DNA of 64,000 nucleotides from Antedon mediterranea (Eukaryota > Animalia > Echinodermata). Positions 25,470-38,700 of this stretch are shown piece by piece. Position numbers and translations under genes: made by a program. A model generated the notes under the pieces. The model searched no databases. It saw only the letters and a program-made list of their open reading frames with translations, and was not told where the DNA came from. Within the stretch, counting starts at the first letter, position 1. Each line of letters opens with the position of its first letter. Location: NCBI RefSeq assembly GCF_964355755.1, contig NC_092676.1, positions 563,788-627,787 of the forward strand, written 5' to 3'.

Positions 25470-26099
25470 ATACGGTAAACATTATGTTTTAAGGTTTAAT
25501 TGAGAGAAATAACCAATATACACATTATCAAATTTGTATTCTGGTCCTTGACCTTTTGACCTTTTGACCTTAATATTCCTACATTTTTATTCATGAATTA
25601 CAAAATTCAATGTTGACATTCTTGTTTTTTAATATGGTATGTTTATTATGGAAAGTTATGCAAAAATAAATTTTTATTTTCCCTTTTAGCTAGTTGAGTG
25701 TGAGTAGTAGACCAATATTAATAATTGGTGCCAGGACCGAGAATCCTGAGGGGTTAGGGAGTCAAGACATTTTATTTGTCCGTTTAAAAGGAATTCATTG
25801 TACTTTTCATTGTACTTGGCATAATTAAGACAATAAAACCAAAGATTGTATAGCGCCGTTACACCGCACAAGATATTCGTAATCCCATTGGACGGCATTC
25901 ACAAAATGTACTGAATTTAACCAAGAATTTGAATGAGTTTAAAAAGTAGTAGAAAACTATTCAAATTATTGGAACACAATGATGATCATTAAAACATAGT
26001 AACAAAATAATTGTTAACAAAATCATTATTAAAGAAAATAATCGCTAAAAACAAATACTGTACTACAGTATATGTTTTTACTCGTTAACTACTTTCTTT

Positions 26100-29000
26100 T
26101 TTTTTTTTTGGGAAAAATTGCCAAAATAGCCACTTTTTAAAATTCAATTATTAGGCGAAAATAGTGCAATATATGCGCATATATCATCATCTTATAGAGC
26201 CATAGTAACCAGTTAAATCGAAAAATAAAAAGATCGAAATTTGGCCATTTTTCAAAAATTTCCCTGTACTATAGTACAGGGATTTTTTCGAAAAATGGCC
26301 AAAATAGCCACCTTTTAAAATTCAATAATTATGCGAAAATAGTGCCATATATGCGCATATATTGTGTTATCATCATCTTTATAGTAACTAGTTATGTCAA
26401 AAAATAAAATGGTCGAAAATTATTTTTAGACATAAATGCGCAGAGTCGAATAATGGGTTCTGCGCATGTCAATTATGCTATAGTAACCAGTTATAGCGAA
26501 AAATAAAAAGGTCATTGTTGGAAAAAATCCCTGTACAGGGAAATTTTTGGAAAAATGGCCAAAATACGCACTTTTTAAAATACTGTTATTATGCAATATT
26601 ATTGCTATATATGTGCATATATTGCGTTATAAGCATCTTATAGACGTATAGTAACCATTTATGTCAAAAAATAAAAAGGTCGAAATATGGCAATTTTTTG
26701 AAAAAATCCCTGTACTATAGTAAGGGATTTTTTCAAAAAATGGCCAAAATACGCACTTTTTAAAATACTGTTATTAAGCAATATTATTGCTATATAAGTG
26801 CATATATTGTGTAATAAGCATCTTATAGACGTATAGTAACCATTTATGTCAAAAAATGAAAATGTCGAAAAATGGCCATTTTTGGAAAAAATCCCTGTAC
26901 TATAGTAAGGGATTTTTTCAAAAAATGGCCAAAATACGCACTTTTTAAAAAACTGTTATTATGCAATATTATTGCTATATATGTGAATATATTGCGTTAT
27001 AAGCATCTTATAGACGTATAGTAACCATTTATGTCAAAAAATAAAAAGGTCGAAATATTGCCGTTTTTGTAAAAAATCCCTGTACTATAGTAAGGGATTT
27101 TTTTCAAAAAATGGCCAAAATACGCACTTTTTAAAATACTGTTATTATGCAATATTATTGCTATATATGTGAATATATTGCGTTATAAGCATCTTATAGA
27201 CGTATAGTAACCATTTATGTCAAAAAATGAAAATGTCGAAAAATGGCCATTTTTGGAAAAAATCCCTGTACTATAGTAAGGGATTTTTTCAAAAAATGGC
27301 CAAAATACGCACTTTTTAAAATACTGTTATTAAGCAATATTATTGCTATATAAGTGCATATATTGTGTAATAAGCATCTTATAGACGTATAGTGACCATT
27401 TATGTCAAAAAATGAAAATGTCGAAAAATGGCCATTTTTGGAAAAAATCCCTGTACTATAGTAAGGGATTTTTTCACAAAATGGCCAAAATACGCACTTT
27501 TTAAAATACTGTTATTATGCAATATTATTGCTATATATGTGAATATATTGCGTTATAAGCATCTTATAGACGTATAGTAACCATTTATGTCAAAAAATAA
27601 AAATGTCGAAATATTGCCATTTTTGTAAAAAATCCCTGTACTATAGTAAGGGATTTTTTTCAAAAAATGGCCAAAATATGCACTTTTTAAAATACTGTTA
27701 TTATGCAATATTATTGCTATATATGTGAATATATTGCGTTATAACCATCTTATAGACGTATAGTAACCATTTATGTCAAAAAATGAAAATGTCAAAAAAT
27801 GGCCATTTTTGGAAAAAATCCCTGTACTATAGTAAGGGATTTTTTCAAAAAATGGCCAAAATACGCACTTTTTAAAATACTGTTATTATGCAATATTAGT
27901 GCTATATATGTGCATATATTGCGTAATAAGCATCTTATAGACGTATAGTAACCATTTATGTTAAAAAATAAAAATGGCCAAAAATGCGCACTTTTTAAAA
28001 TACTGTTATTAAGCAATATTATTGCTATATATGTGAATATATTGCGTAATAAGCATCTTATAGACGTATAGTAACCATTTATGTCAAAAAATGAAAATGT
28101 CGAAATATGGCCATTTTTGGAAAAAATCCCTGTACTATAGTAAGGGATTTTTTCAAAAAATGGCCAAAATACGCACTTTTTAAAATACTGTTATTAAGCA
28201 ATATTATTGCTATATAAGTGCATATATTGTGTAATAAGCATCTTATAGACGTATAGTAACCATTTATGTCAAAAAATGAAAATGTCGAAAAATGGCCATT
28301 TTTGGAAAAAATCCCTGTACTATAGTAAGGGATTTTTTTTCAAAAAATGGCCAAAATACGCACTTTTTAAAATACTGTTATTATGCAATATTATTGCTAT
28401 ATATGTGAATATATTGCGTTATAAGCATCTTATAGACGTATAGTAACCATTTATGTCAAAAAATAAAAATGTCGAAATATTGCCATTTTTGTAAAAAATC
28501 CCTGTACTATAGTAAGGGATTTTTTCAAAAAATGGCCAAAATACGCACTTTTTAAAATACTGTTATTATGCAGTATTAGTGCTATATATGTGCATATATT
28601 GCGTAATAAGCATCTTATAGACGTATAGTAACCATTTATGTCAAAAAATAAAAATGTCGAAATATAGCCATTTTTTCAAAAAATGGCCAAAATACACACT
28701 TTTTAAAATACTGTTATGCAATATTATTGCTATATATGTGAATATATTGCGTAATAAGAATCTTATAGACGTATAGTAACCATTTATGTCAAAAAATAAA
28801 AAGGTAGAAATATGGCCATTTTTGGAAAAAATCCCTGTACTATAGTAAGGGATTTTTTCAAAAAATGGCCAAAACATGCACTTTTTAAAATACTGTTATT
28901 ATGCAATATTATTGCTATATATGTGAATATTATACAAATAATGAATGTTTATGAGTGCAATGGTACAAATAATGGCACGAGGTGAATGATGAAAGGTTGT

Positions 29001-29965
29001 ATCAACGAGGCAAAGCCGAGTTGATATAACCTTTCATCATTCACCAAGTGCCATTATTTGTACCATTACACGAATACAAAACATTCATTATTTGTTTTAT
29101 ATAACATCTAGACGTTTTTTTTTCGTACACAAAAATTTTTCAAAAAGTACTATTTAACGATCGTTGAATAGTGCGTACTATTGCACGCCATGTGACCCAC
29201 ATTCGTCCAATCAAATGACAGGAATTTATATAGGTGTTATATAAATTGCGTTATAAGCATGTTATAGACGTATAGTAACCATTTATGTCAAAAAATAAAA
29301 AGGTCGAAATATGGCCATCTTTAGAAAAAATCCCTGTACTATAGTAAGGGATTTTTTCAAAAAAATTGCCAAAATACGCACTTTTTAAAATACTGTTATT
29401 ATGCAATATTATTGCTATATATGTGAATATATTGCGTTATAAGCATCTTATAGACGTATAGTAACCATTTATGTCAACAAAAAAAATGTCGAAATATAGC
29501 CATTTTTTCAAAAAATGGCCAAAATACACACTTTTTAAAATACTGTTATGCAATATTATTGCTATATATGTGAATATATTGCGTAATAAGCATCTTATAG
29601 ACGTATAGTAACCATTTATGTCAAAAAATAAAAAGGTAGAAATATGGCCATTTTTGGAAAAAATCCCTGTACTATAGTACAGGGATTTTATCGAAAAATG
29701 GCCAAAATACGCACTTTTAAAAATACTGTTATTATGCAATATTATTGCTATATATGTGAATATATTGCGTTATAAGCATCTTATAGACGTATAGTAACCA
29801 TTTATGTCCAAAAATAAAAATGACCAAAATAGCCACTTTTTAAAATTCAATTATTAGGCGAAAATAGTGCCATATATGCGTTATCATCTTACAGAGCCAT
29901 AGTAATCAGTTAAATCTAAAAATAAAAGGGTCAGAATTTGGTCATTATGTGATTCTGCGCATGAC
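26100..29965. repeat. Satellite array, unit about 185 bp, about 19 units, with an internal palindrome; probably carried by a Helentron/HINE-type element starting near 25822
   Basis: ccctgtactatagtaaggg recurs at 26708, 26893, 27078 and 27264. Terminal-type hairpin tgcgcaga...tctgcgca near 26437-26466, with a second tctgcgcatg near 29955. Confidence 0.9.
28931..29244. mobile_element. Insertion of about 314 bp splitting one satellite unit, with a double inverted-repeat architecture (Crypton-like, tentative)
   Basis: The unit gtgaatat|attgcg is interrupted. Arms acaaataatgaatg...cattcattatttgt surround a gaggcaaagccgag core, followed by ttatataacatcta...taggtgttatataa. Confidence 0.75.
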
Positions 29966-30678
29966 AAAAATTATGAAAGATCCTTTACTGGAGGCATCTA
30001 CCCCAAGTCCTGTTCCTCCATTTTTAAACATTCTTATGAAAGGATAGCAGGGATGGGTTTGCCCACTTATTTTATGTACTGAAATACTCATACAATATGC
30101 AATTTCCACCGTATTTCATCAGAAAGCATTATTATTATTTACTTAATAAAGAACAAACTCTCAACCTTAACATAGGTACAAATTGGACGTCTACATTTTT
30201 ATATAAATCTTGTTTAAACTTGTTAATATTAGTAATTTATAAATATAAGGTATAATTACTTTATGACGCTAATAATGTTTAACTTTCTAATGTAGGACAT
30301 TTGTTTTTAAGTTAGTTTTATAAAACTTTATATAATGGTGACAGAGTGTAAAGCTCAGGTGTGTGAATACAATGCCATACTACTAATGAATGTGTAATAT
30401 TGTAACCCAAAACATTTAGTCCATAAAAAAGCAAGTTGAAAATACTGTATACATGGAAAAACTATGATATCATCATAGTAATATTGCATTCGCAAGAACT
30501 AAACAATCTCAGAGATACAAGTGTATTGTTTTAGGTGCAAATGCTGTCATAGTTCCAGGATTTTCTGATGGCACATTACTACCTAGACTTAGAAAGCATG
30601 CGCTTGCCTGCAGTCAACTCATCAGTGTTGGTTGTATGTTTCACACCCACCCCAAGATGTGTTTAAAGCTGTGACAAG

Positions 30679-31105
30679 TAATGACTTAAGACTAATCAAT
30701 GACTTAAGACCAATCAATGACTTAAGACTAAGCAATGACTTAAGACTAATCAATGACTTAAGACCAATCAATGACTTAAGACTAAGCAATGACTTAAGAC
30801 TAAGCAATGACTTAAGACCAATCAATGACTTAAGACCAATTAATGGACTTAAGACCAAGCAATGACTTAAGACCAATTAATGGACTTAAGACCAAGCAAT
30901 GACTTAAGACCAATCAATGACTTAAGACCAATCAATGGCTTAAGACTAAGCAATGACTTAAGACCAATTAATGACTTAAGACTAAGCAATGACTTAAGAC
31001 TAAGCAATGACTTAAGACCAATTAATGACTTAAGACATAAGCAATGGCTTAAGACTAAGCAATCACTTAAGACTAAACAATGACTTAAGAATAAGCAATG
31101 ACTCA
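30679..31105. repeat. 18-bp minisatellite (aatgacttaagactaagc), about 23 copies
   Basis: Direct tandem units. They explain the NDLRLS/LKSLIG ORFs. Confidence 0.95.
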
Positions 31106-32782
31106 ATAAAGTGCTAAGTTATTGGGGATGTGACATTTTAAACAGGTAAATTTTAGAGTAAACAATTTTTACAGTTGGTCCATGAAACAATTTAAGTATG
31201 GTCTTTATGTAAAAACTTGAAAATTAAAGACCAATCTGTATTATTATATAACACTTTGGTCTTTAACTGTATACATCAAGCCAAGTTATTTATATTACAA
31301 TATTATACAACTTGAGAACAATCCAAAATAAAAGTTAAATAAAATGTCTGTAGATGTACATGAGTTATAGAATCTGATATTAACCTCTAAAATGTGGTCA
31401 ATCATTTCAGATCTAAAGGCCAGTTCACACTGAATAATGCACACGCAAAGCAACACGCATCAAATCGTAATCTTGATGTGACAAACTATTTTAAATGAGA
31501 TGTGACGTGTAGGCATCGGGTGATGTGACGTGTAGGCGTCGGGTCAATTCTCAACTTTAATGCGGGGAGTTTAGAACTTGCGCATGAATTTCCTTCACAA
31601 CTTTTTCAAGCTTTGCACGAATTTCTCTGACGCGTGAACTCACGTGTAAACGCTCAGTAGGAACCAGCCTTAATGAATACATATTTCCAAACATTCTACT
31701 ATACTGCCCTCTATATAGAAATCTACCAAATTTGGTGATATTACACACAATTTCACACATAAAAAAAAATTTATATCAAAAAAAGCAATCACACTTAAAA
31801 ATATATATCATTCTATGGTTTGTCTAAACCGGGTTAAATTAAGTATATTTTAATAATAAAATTTACATTTAACAAAAATACATAATTTAATTCCATTATT
31901 TATTTATCAAATTAATAATCTTTACTTTACACAACATTGCTTTACCCAAAACACTAAGTGCGTACATTTTAGTCTTAATTTAACCAGGTAAAGTTAGTCA
32001 ACCAGCTTCAAAATTATCTTTTTTTTAAATGAATTTAAAAATTAATAATCAACAGCACCCAAAAAATTAGTTTAATATACATTATCATTTTATTTTTATT
32101 AAATTATGCAGTATTTACTTAGTTTAAGTTTGTTTTTTTTTTCTTTCTCCCCGCCAACAGGATATAACCAACATAGGCCATCATATTAAGTTCATTTTCA
32201 AACAATTTTAGGCCCTATTTCAAAATTATGGATCTGCCAATGACAAAATATTAAACATTTTTTATTTCTTTATTTAACATGTTGTTGCTATGTATATGTT
32301 TTTGCTATGTATATACTGTATTTCTGTTTTTTTTCACCATGTGTAAACAGACCTTAACCAAGAATACTAACTTAACCATTCTAAGTAGTAAGCTTAATTC
32401 TCTAATACTTATTCATCTGTGGTAAATATGATATAAAACTTGGGTATAAAAATAACATTTAAAGTGTGGATATAAATTTCTTTCTTCTACCTGAAAAATG
32501 AATTCCAGTCATTTTGTACATCTATTTGAATATGGGTTTAGTAACAAATTCTACATCTAATTCAAATTCTGTATCATCCCAATCAGTCTGAACAGACCTT
32601 TAATTCCAATCTATATTATCATCCCAGTGTAAATAGACCTTTAATTTCAACCTGTACAATCATCCCAATCAGTATGAACAGACTTGTATCATTATCCTAA
32701 TCACAGTGTGAACAGACTTTTAATCTGTATAATCATAACCCTATAATGTATTATTATTATTTTTACTAGTGTGAACAAACCT

Positions 32783-35700
32783 CTAGTTCCAATCATCATC
32801 CTCCCAGTCTGAACTTGTATTACTATCGTCTTCAGAATCACTAAGTTCAACAGCCAGACGTCTAGCCAAGATAGCTGCTACTGAGTTTGGAGTGCTATCA
32901 GACCCCTGCTTTTTAGCCTGGGTACGATCTACTTCACGCAGCTTTATACCTGAAAAACAATTAGTAAAATGTCATATAGAATCATAACAGGTATAGTACC
33001 AATTTACCAATAACAGGTATAGTACCAATTTACCAATAACAGGTATAGTACCAATTTACCAATAACAGGTATAGTACCAATTTACCAATAACAGGTATAG
33101 TACCAATTTACCAATAACAGGTATAGTACCAATTTACCAATAACAGGTATAGTACCAATTTACCAATAACAGGTATAGTAGTAGTACCAATTTACCAATA
33201 ACAGGTATAGTACCAATTTACCAATAACAGGTATAGTACCAATTTACCAATAACAGGTATAGTACCAATTTACCAATAACAGGTATAGTACCAATTTACC
33301 AATAACAGGTATAGTACCAATTTACCAATAACAGGTATAGTACCAATTTACCAATAACAGGTATAGTACCAATTTACCAATAACAGGTATAGTACCAATT
33401 TACCAATAACAGGTATAGTACCAATTTACCAATAACAGGTATAGTACCAATTTACCAATAACAGGTATAGTACCAATTTACCAATAACAGGTATAGTACC
33501 AATTTACCAATAACAGGTATAGTACCAATTTACCAATAACAGGTATAGTACCAATTTACCAATAACAGGTATAGTACCAATTTACCAATAACAGGTATAG
33601 TACCAATTTACCAATAACAGGTATAGTACCAATTTACCAATAACAGGTATAGTACCAATTTACCAATAACAGGTATAGTACCAATTTACCAATAACAGGT
33701 ATAGTACCAATTTACCAATAACAGGTATAGTACCAATTTACCAATAACAGGTATAGTACCAATTTACCAATAACAGGTATAGTACCAATTTACCAATAAC
33801 AGGTATAGTACCAATTTACCAATAACAGGTATAGTACCAATTTACCAATAACAGGTATAGTACCAATTTACCAATAACAGGTATAGTACCAATTTACCAA
33901 TAACAGGTATAGTACCAATTTACCAATAACAGGTATAGTACCAATTTACCAATAACAGGTATAGTACCAATTTACCAATAACAGGTATAGTACCAATTTA
34001 CCAATAACAGGTATAGTACCAATTTACCAATAACAGGTATAGTACCAATTTACCAATAACAGGTATAGTACCAATTTACCAATAACAGGTATAGTACCAA
34101 TTTACCAATAACAGGTATAGTACCAATTTACCAATAACAGGTATAGTACCAATTTACCAATAACAGGTATAGTACCAATTTACCAATAACAGGTATAGTA
34201 CCAATTTACCAATAACAGGTATAGTACCAATTTACCAATAACAGGTATAGTACCAATTTACCAATAACAGGTATAGTACCAATTTACCAATAACAGGTAT
34301 AGTACCAATTTACCAATAACAGGTATAGTACCAATTTACCAATAACAGGTATAGTACCAATTTACCAATAACAGGTATAGTACCAATTTACCAATAACAG
34401 GTATAGTACCAATTTACCAATAACAGGTATAGTACCAATTTACCAATAACAGGTATAGTACCAATTTACCAATAACAGGTATAGTACCAATTTACCAATA
34501 ACAGGTATAGTACCAATTTACCAATAACAGGTATAGTACCAATTTACCAATAACAGGTATAGTACCAATTTACCAATAACAGGTATAGTACCAATTTACC
34601 AATAACAGGTATAGTACCAATTTACCAATAACAGGTATAGTACCAATTTACCAATAACAGGTATAGTACCAATTTACCAATAACAGGTATAGTACCAATT
34701 TACCAATAACAGGTATAGTACCAATTTACCAATAACAGGTATAGTACCAATTTACCAATAACAGGTATAGTACCAATTTACCAATAACAGGTATAGTACC
34801 AATTTACCAATAACAGGTATAGTACCAATTTACCAATAACAGGTATAGTACCAATTTACCAATAACAGGTATAGTACCAATTTACCAATAACAGGTATAG
34901 TACCAATTTACCAATAACAGGTATAGTACCAATTTACCAATAACAGGTATAGTACCAATTTACCAATAACAGGTATAGTACCAATTTACCAATAACAGGT
35001 ATAGTACCAATTTACCAATAACAGGTATAGTACCAATTTACCAATAACAGGTATAGTACCAATTTACCAATAACAGGTATAGTACCAATTTACCAATAAC
35101 AGGTATAGTACCAATTTACCAATAACAGGTATAGTACCAATTTACCAATAACAGGTATAGTACCAATTTACCAATAACAGGTATAGTACCAATTTACCAA
35201 TAACAGGTATAGTACCAATTTACCAATAACAGGTATAGTACCAATTTACCAATAACAGGTATAGTACCAATTTACCAATAACAGGTATAGTACCAATTTA
35301 CCAATAACAGGTATAGTACCAATTTACCAATAACAGGTATAGTACCAATTTACCAATAACAGGTATAGTACCAATTTACCAATAACAGGTATAGTACCAA
35401 TTTACCAATAACAGGTATAGTACCAATTTGGTTGACTAGGGGTGTCTGAGGGGTTATACTGTAGTTGAGTTTAAGAAGCTTGCTAAATGTTGGTTTGTGT
35501 TTGCTCCATGTTTTCAATAAATGAAAAATCAAAGACTAAATAATAATTTTTTTTTTTTTTTTTTTATTTCAACTTTATTTATAGAGGGTAACCCTTCCAG
35601 CTGAACCCGCAGGCCAGCTGATATTCAGGGGCCCTCTTGAAAATGACAAAATATATAAAACTATACTTAACTAATACGAATCTACTATATACATTTAAAT

Positions 35701-38700
35701 TTAAAACTATTATATAAAAAAATAATTATCCAAAAATAAGTCCTGGAATAAGACTACTGCAGTAACTGAATATATTTACTGTAGTAACTGAATAGAGTTA
35801 TAAAGCATGTTATTTATGTCAACTTCATCACTGCTTACTTGATGCAATAAAGGAAATAAATAAATAATAAATAAATAAAATATGCCAAATAATATTGCAT
35901 ATTTTCAAAATGTACAGTACCTGTTCTGATAGCAGTAAGTAGGTCACTCCTGGGATTTTCCTCTGGTTCCTTCGGTGGTGGTGGAGCTACTCTAGCTGGA
36001 GAAGACGTCATCATCGTCGGCACAGGAGGACCTTGCGGTACAGGAGGTGGAGGAGGTACAAAACCAACATCTGGTGGTGGTGGAGGTGCAGGAATATATG
36101 CAGATGGACCAGTATCATATGGTTCTGGATATCCCTGCATGGGTGGCGGCGGCGCTATTGGAATATGCTGCAGATTGTCATTCTGCTCGTCATAGTCTAT
36201 ATCCTGTCTGTAATCCTGGTCGGTCATCTGTGGTTGGTACGCCGGTGCATCTGGGTATTTAGGCGGTGACGGTACATGTTGTTGTAAATTGTACTCATTC
36301 TGGTATCCAGTATTTATTGGTAGTGCTCCGTTACCCATTGGTTGAGGCGGCGGTGGTGGTGGTGCAGCTGCCGGTCGGTGCGGTGCAGATCTACGTGCTT
36401 CCTGTCTGCTCATTCGGTCCCCTTGGTCTTGGTACGAAATACCGCCTGTGTACTGCGGGTCATCTTCTGGTACATGAAGCTGGTTTTGTGTAGTATTGTT
36501 CTCTTCTGGTGGCGCTCTGTGATGTTCAATCTGGGGTTTTTGGTCTTGCACAAGGTCCGCGCCATCTTTCAACCGCACCCATTGGTCCATCCTTGATTTT
36601 GCTTTTCTTGGCTGATGGGATAATGTTCCCTTTTCTGGTTTCTTATGCTAAAAATTTTTAAGGCAACAACAAAATTGTAAAGTAAAAAAAGTAAAGTATT
36701 GGTCTACAAACTACATTGAAGCAACTTCCATCCTATTGGTTAACATTTATAAAAGACAGACCAAGTCTGATAATTTGGATCACAAATTTTTAAAACTTTC
36801 TGTTATAAAGATTATAAGAACAAGTACAAACTACTTCATACTCCTCCAACAGCGAGTAACTCGCCAATTACACTACAGGATAGATAAACTATTTAATAAT
36901 TTATCGTGCTTATAAACTCAGTCTCATTTGAGGCTTAGGGAGTGGAGTTGAAAGAGTCATGAGTTACAACCCTGCACTAGGTCAGGATTGAACTCGGGAG
37001 CTTGGGATTGGAAGGCAAGCATGTTAACCACCAAACTACAGCTCCACTACTTATTTATTTATTATATGTAACACAACTGGTGTCTAACCTTTCGTCGATG
37101 CCTACGCTCTTGTTTGAGTACAGAAATGTTCTTTTTCTGTTCTTCGCACCATAATTCAAAGAAGTACCTTGGTTTGGTGTAGAATTCTAACCCTTCTTTG
37201 CCATCTTCCCTGTAAGAGAAACATAGTACAACTTCCTATCTTTGTTTTTACAAAAAAACAATGTGATACATTCACTAATGTAAATATATTTTAACTTAAT
37301 TTAATTGTTATCTTCATTGGAAGAAAGAAATACATTATAATTGTAAAATAGATTTTAAGTTGGTGGCCCATTCAGATTTTAAGCATGAGAAAGACTGAAT
37401 TTTGAAGTGCCATAGTATAATTTATTATTTTTATTACATTTTTAGAATGATAATTATGAAAATTTAATGAGCATTGTGGCTTAGAAGTTGAAAAAGTCAT
37501 GGACTACCATTAAACTTATGAGCTGTAAAGTAATAACTAACAATTATCAGTAAGTAAGTAATTATGCAGTCAAATAATCAGCCAACATCAGAGGGTTGGC
37601 AATACTTAACCATTTAATTTTATAATAACCTTTACATACAGGTATTTAAAATTGGGAATTTTTTGTTGTTGTCCACCAATGTTATTTACTGTTAAATGTT
37701 AAATTTGAGTTCGATTTTAAATAAATATCAAATGCTATTAGTTAGATATTTTCTTTATTTATTTAAATTGGGAGTTTTAAAATTTTTCTTTTTATCTGCT
37801 TTAAATGGTCAAGGAAACATTGTCAATTTGTTCATATTTTATCCAAAAAAGGAAGACAATTTCACGGTTTAAATAATGGACCATTTTTGGTATAAAACCA
37901 ATTGTAAAATTCAAATAAATTGGAACCATAAAGACTAATTTCATAATTGTTTATTTTGTAATGTTAATGGAGGCAACATAAATGTTCTTTAACCTTAATA
38001 AATACACAACAATAATGTAATAATAATAATAATATAATAATTCCCAAAAAAACATGAAAAAAAAAATGTAGTTATTAAAAGGAACCATTTTTCTGAACAC
38101 CTTTTAAAGACTTTGTAAACAAGAACAAACAAATGCTGGCATTGTATGTAACAACATGCCAATTGCATTCAAGTGTTGATGATTCTGAGAGTGTGTTCCA
38201 ATTTATAACAATGTCTCTCCCGAGGGCTCTGTACATCAGAGACTACTCATTTTTAAACGTCACCATTCTTGACGTGAATTGATCAAACTACTGCGTCTAT
38301 TAGCATTATCAATCCTTACGTGAATTGATCAAACTACTCCAGCTATTAGCATTATCAATCCTTTATAAATGGGTTTGGATAAAAAATGCATGACTTGACA
38401 TACAAACACACATGGCATACAACATTTTCAAATCTAATTTTTTTTCCAAACAAATACAAATTGAAAACTATATTGTTGAAATTAAAATAACACAGAAACA
38501 AAAGCACAACAAAATATTAGTTTAGTAATTTAAAAAATGATGTTCTGCTTTCTGACCGTAGTACCAGCATCATAGGTATGACATGCCATGTGTGCCAAAA
38601 TGTATCTTTTATGGAAAATATAAGCCTAATTTTTGCTTAGAACATAAGTTTTCTGATGTACAAACCCTAGGAGGCACTGTCATATTCAGGTATAGCTATG

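Noticed and set aside
36033-36596. Plus-strand ORFs overlapping the WAVE proline-rich exon
   Set aside because: Antisense shadows of GC-rich coding sequence.
36973-37045. Functional tRNA-Gly(TCC) gene
   Set aside because: The acceptor and anticodon stems do not pair properly, and a non-tRNA body follows, so it is a SINE head.
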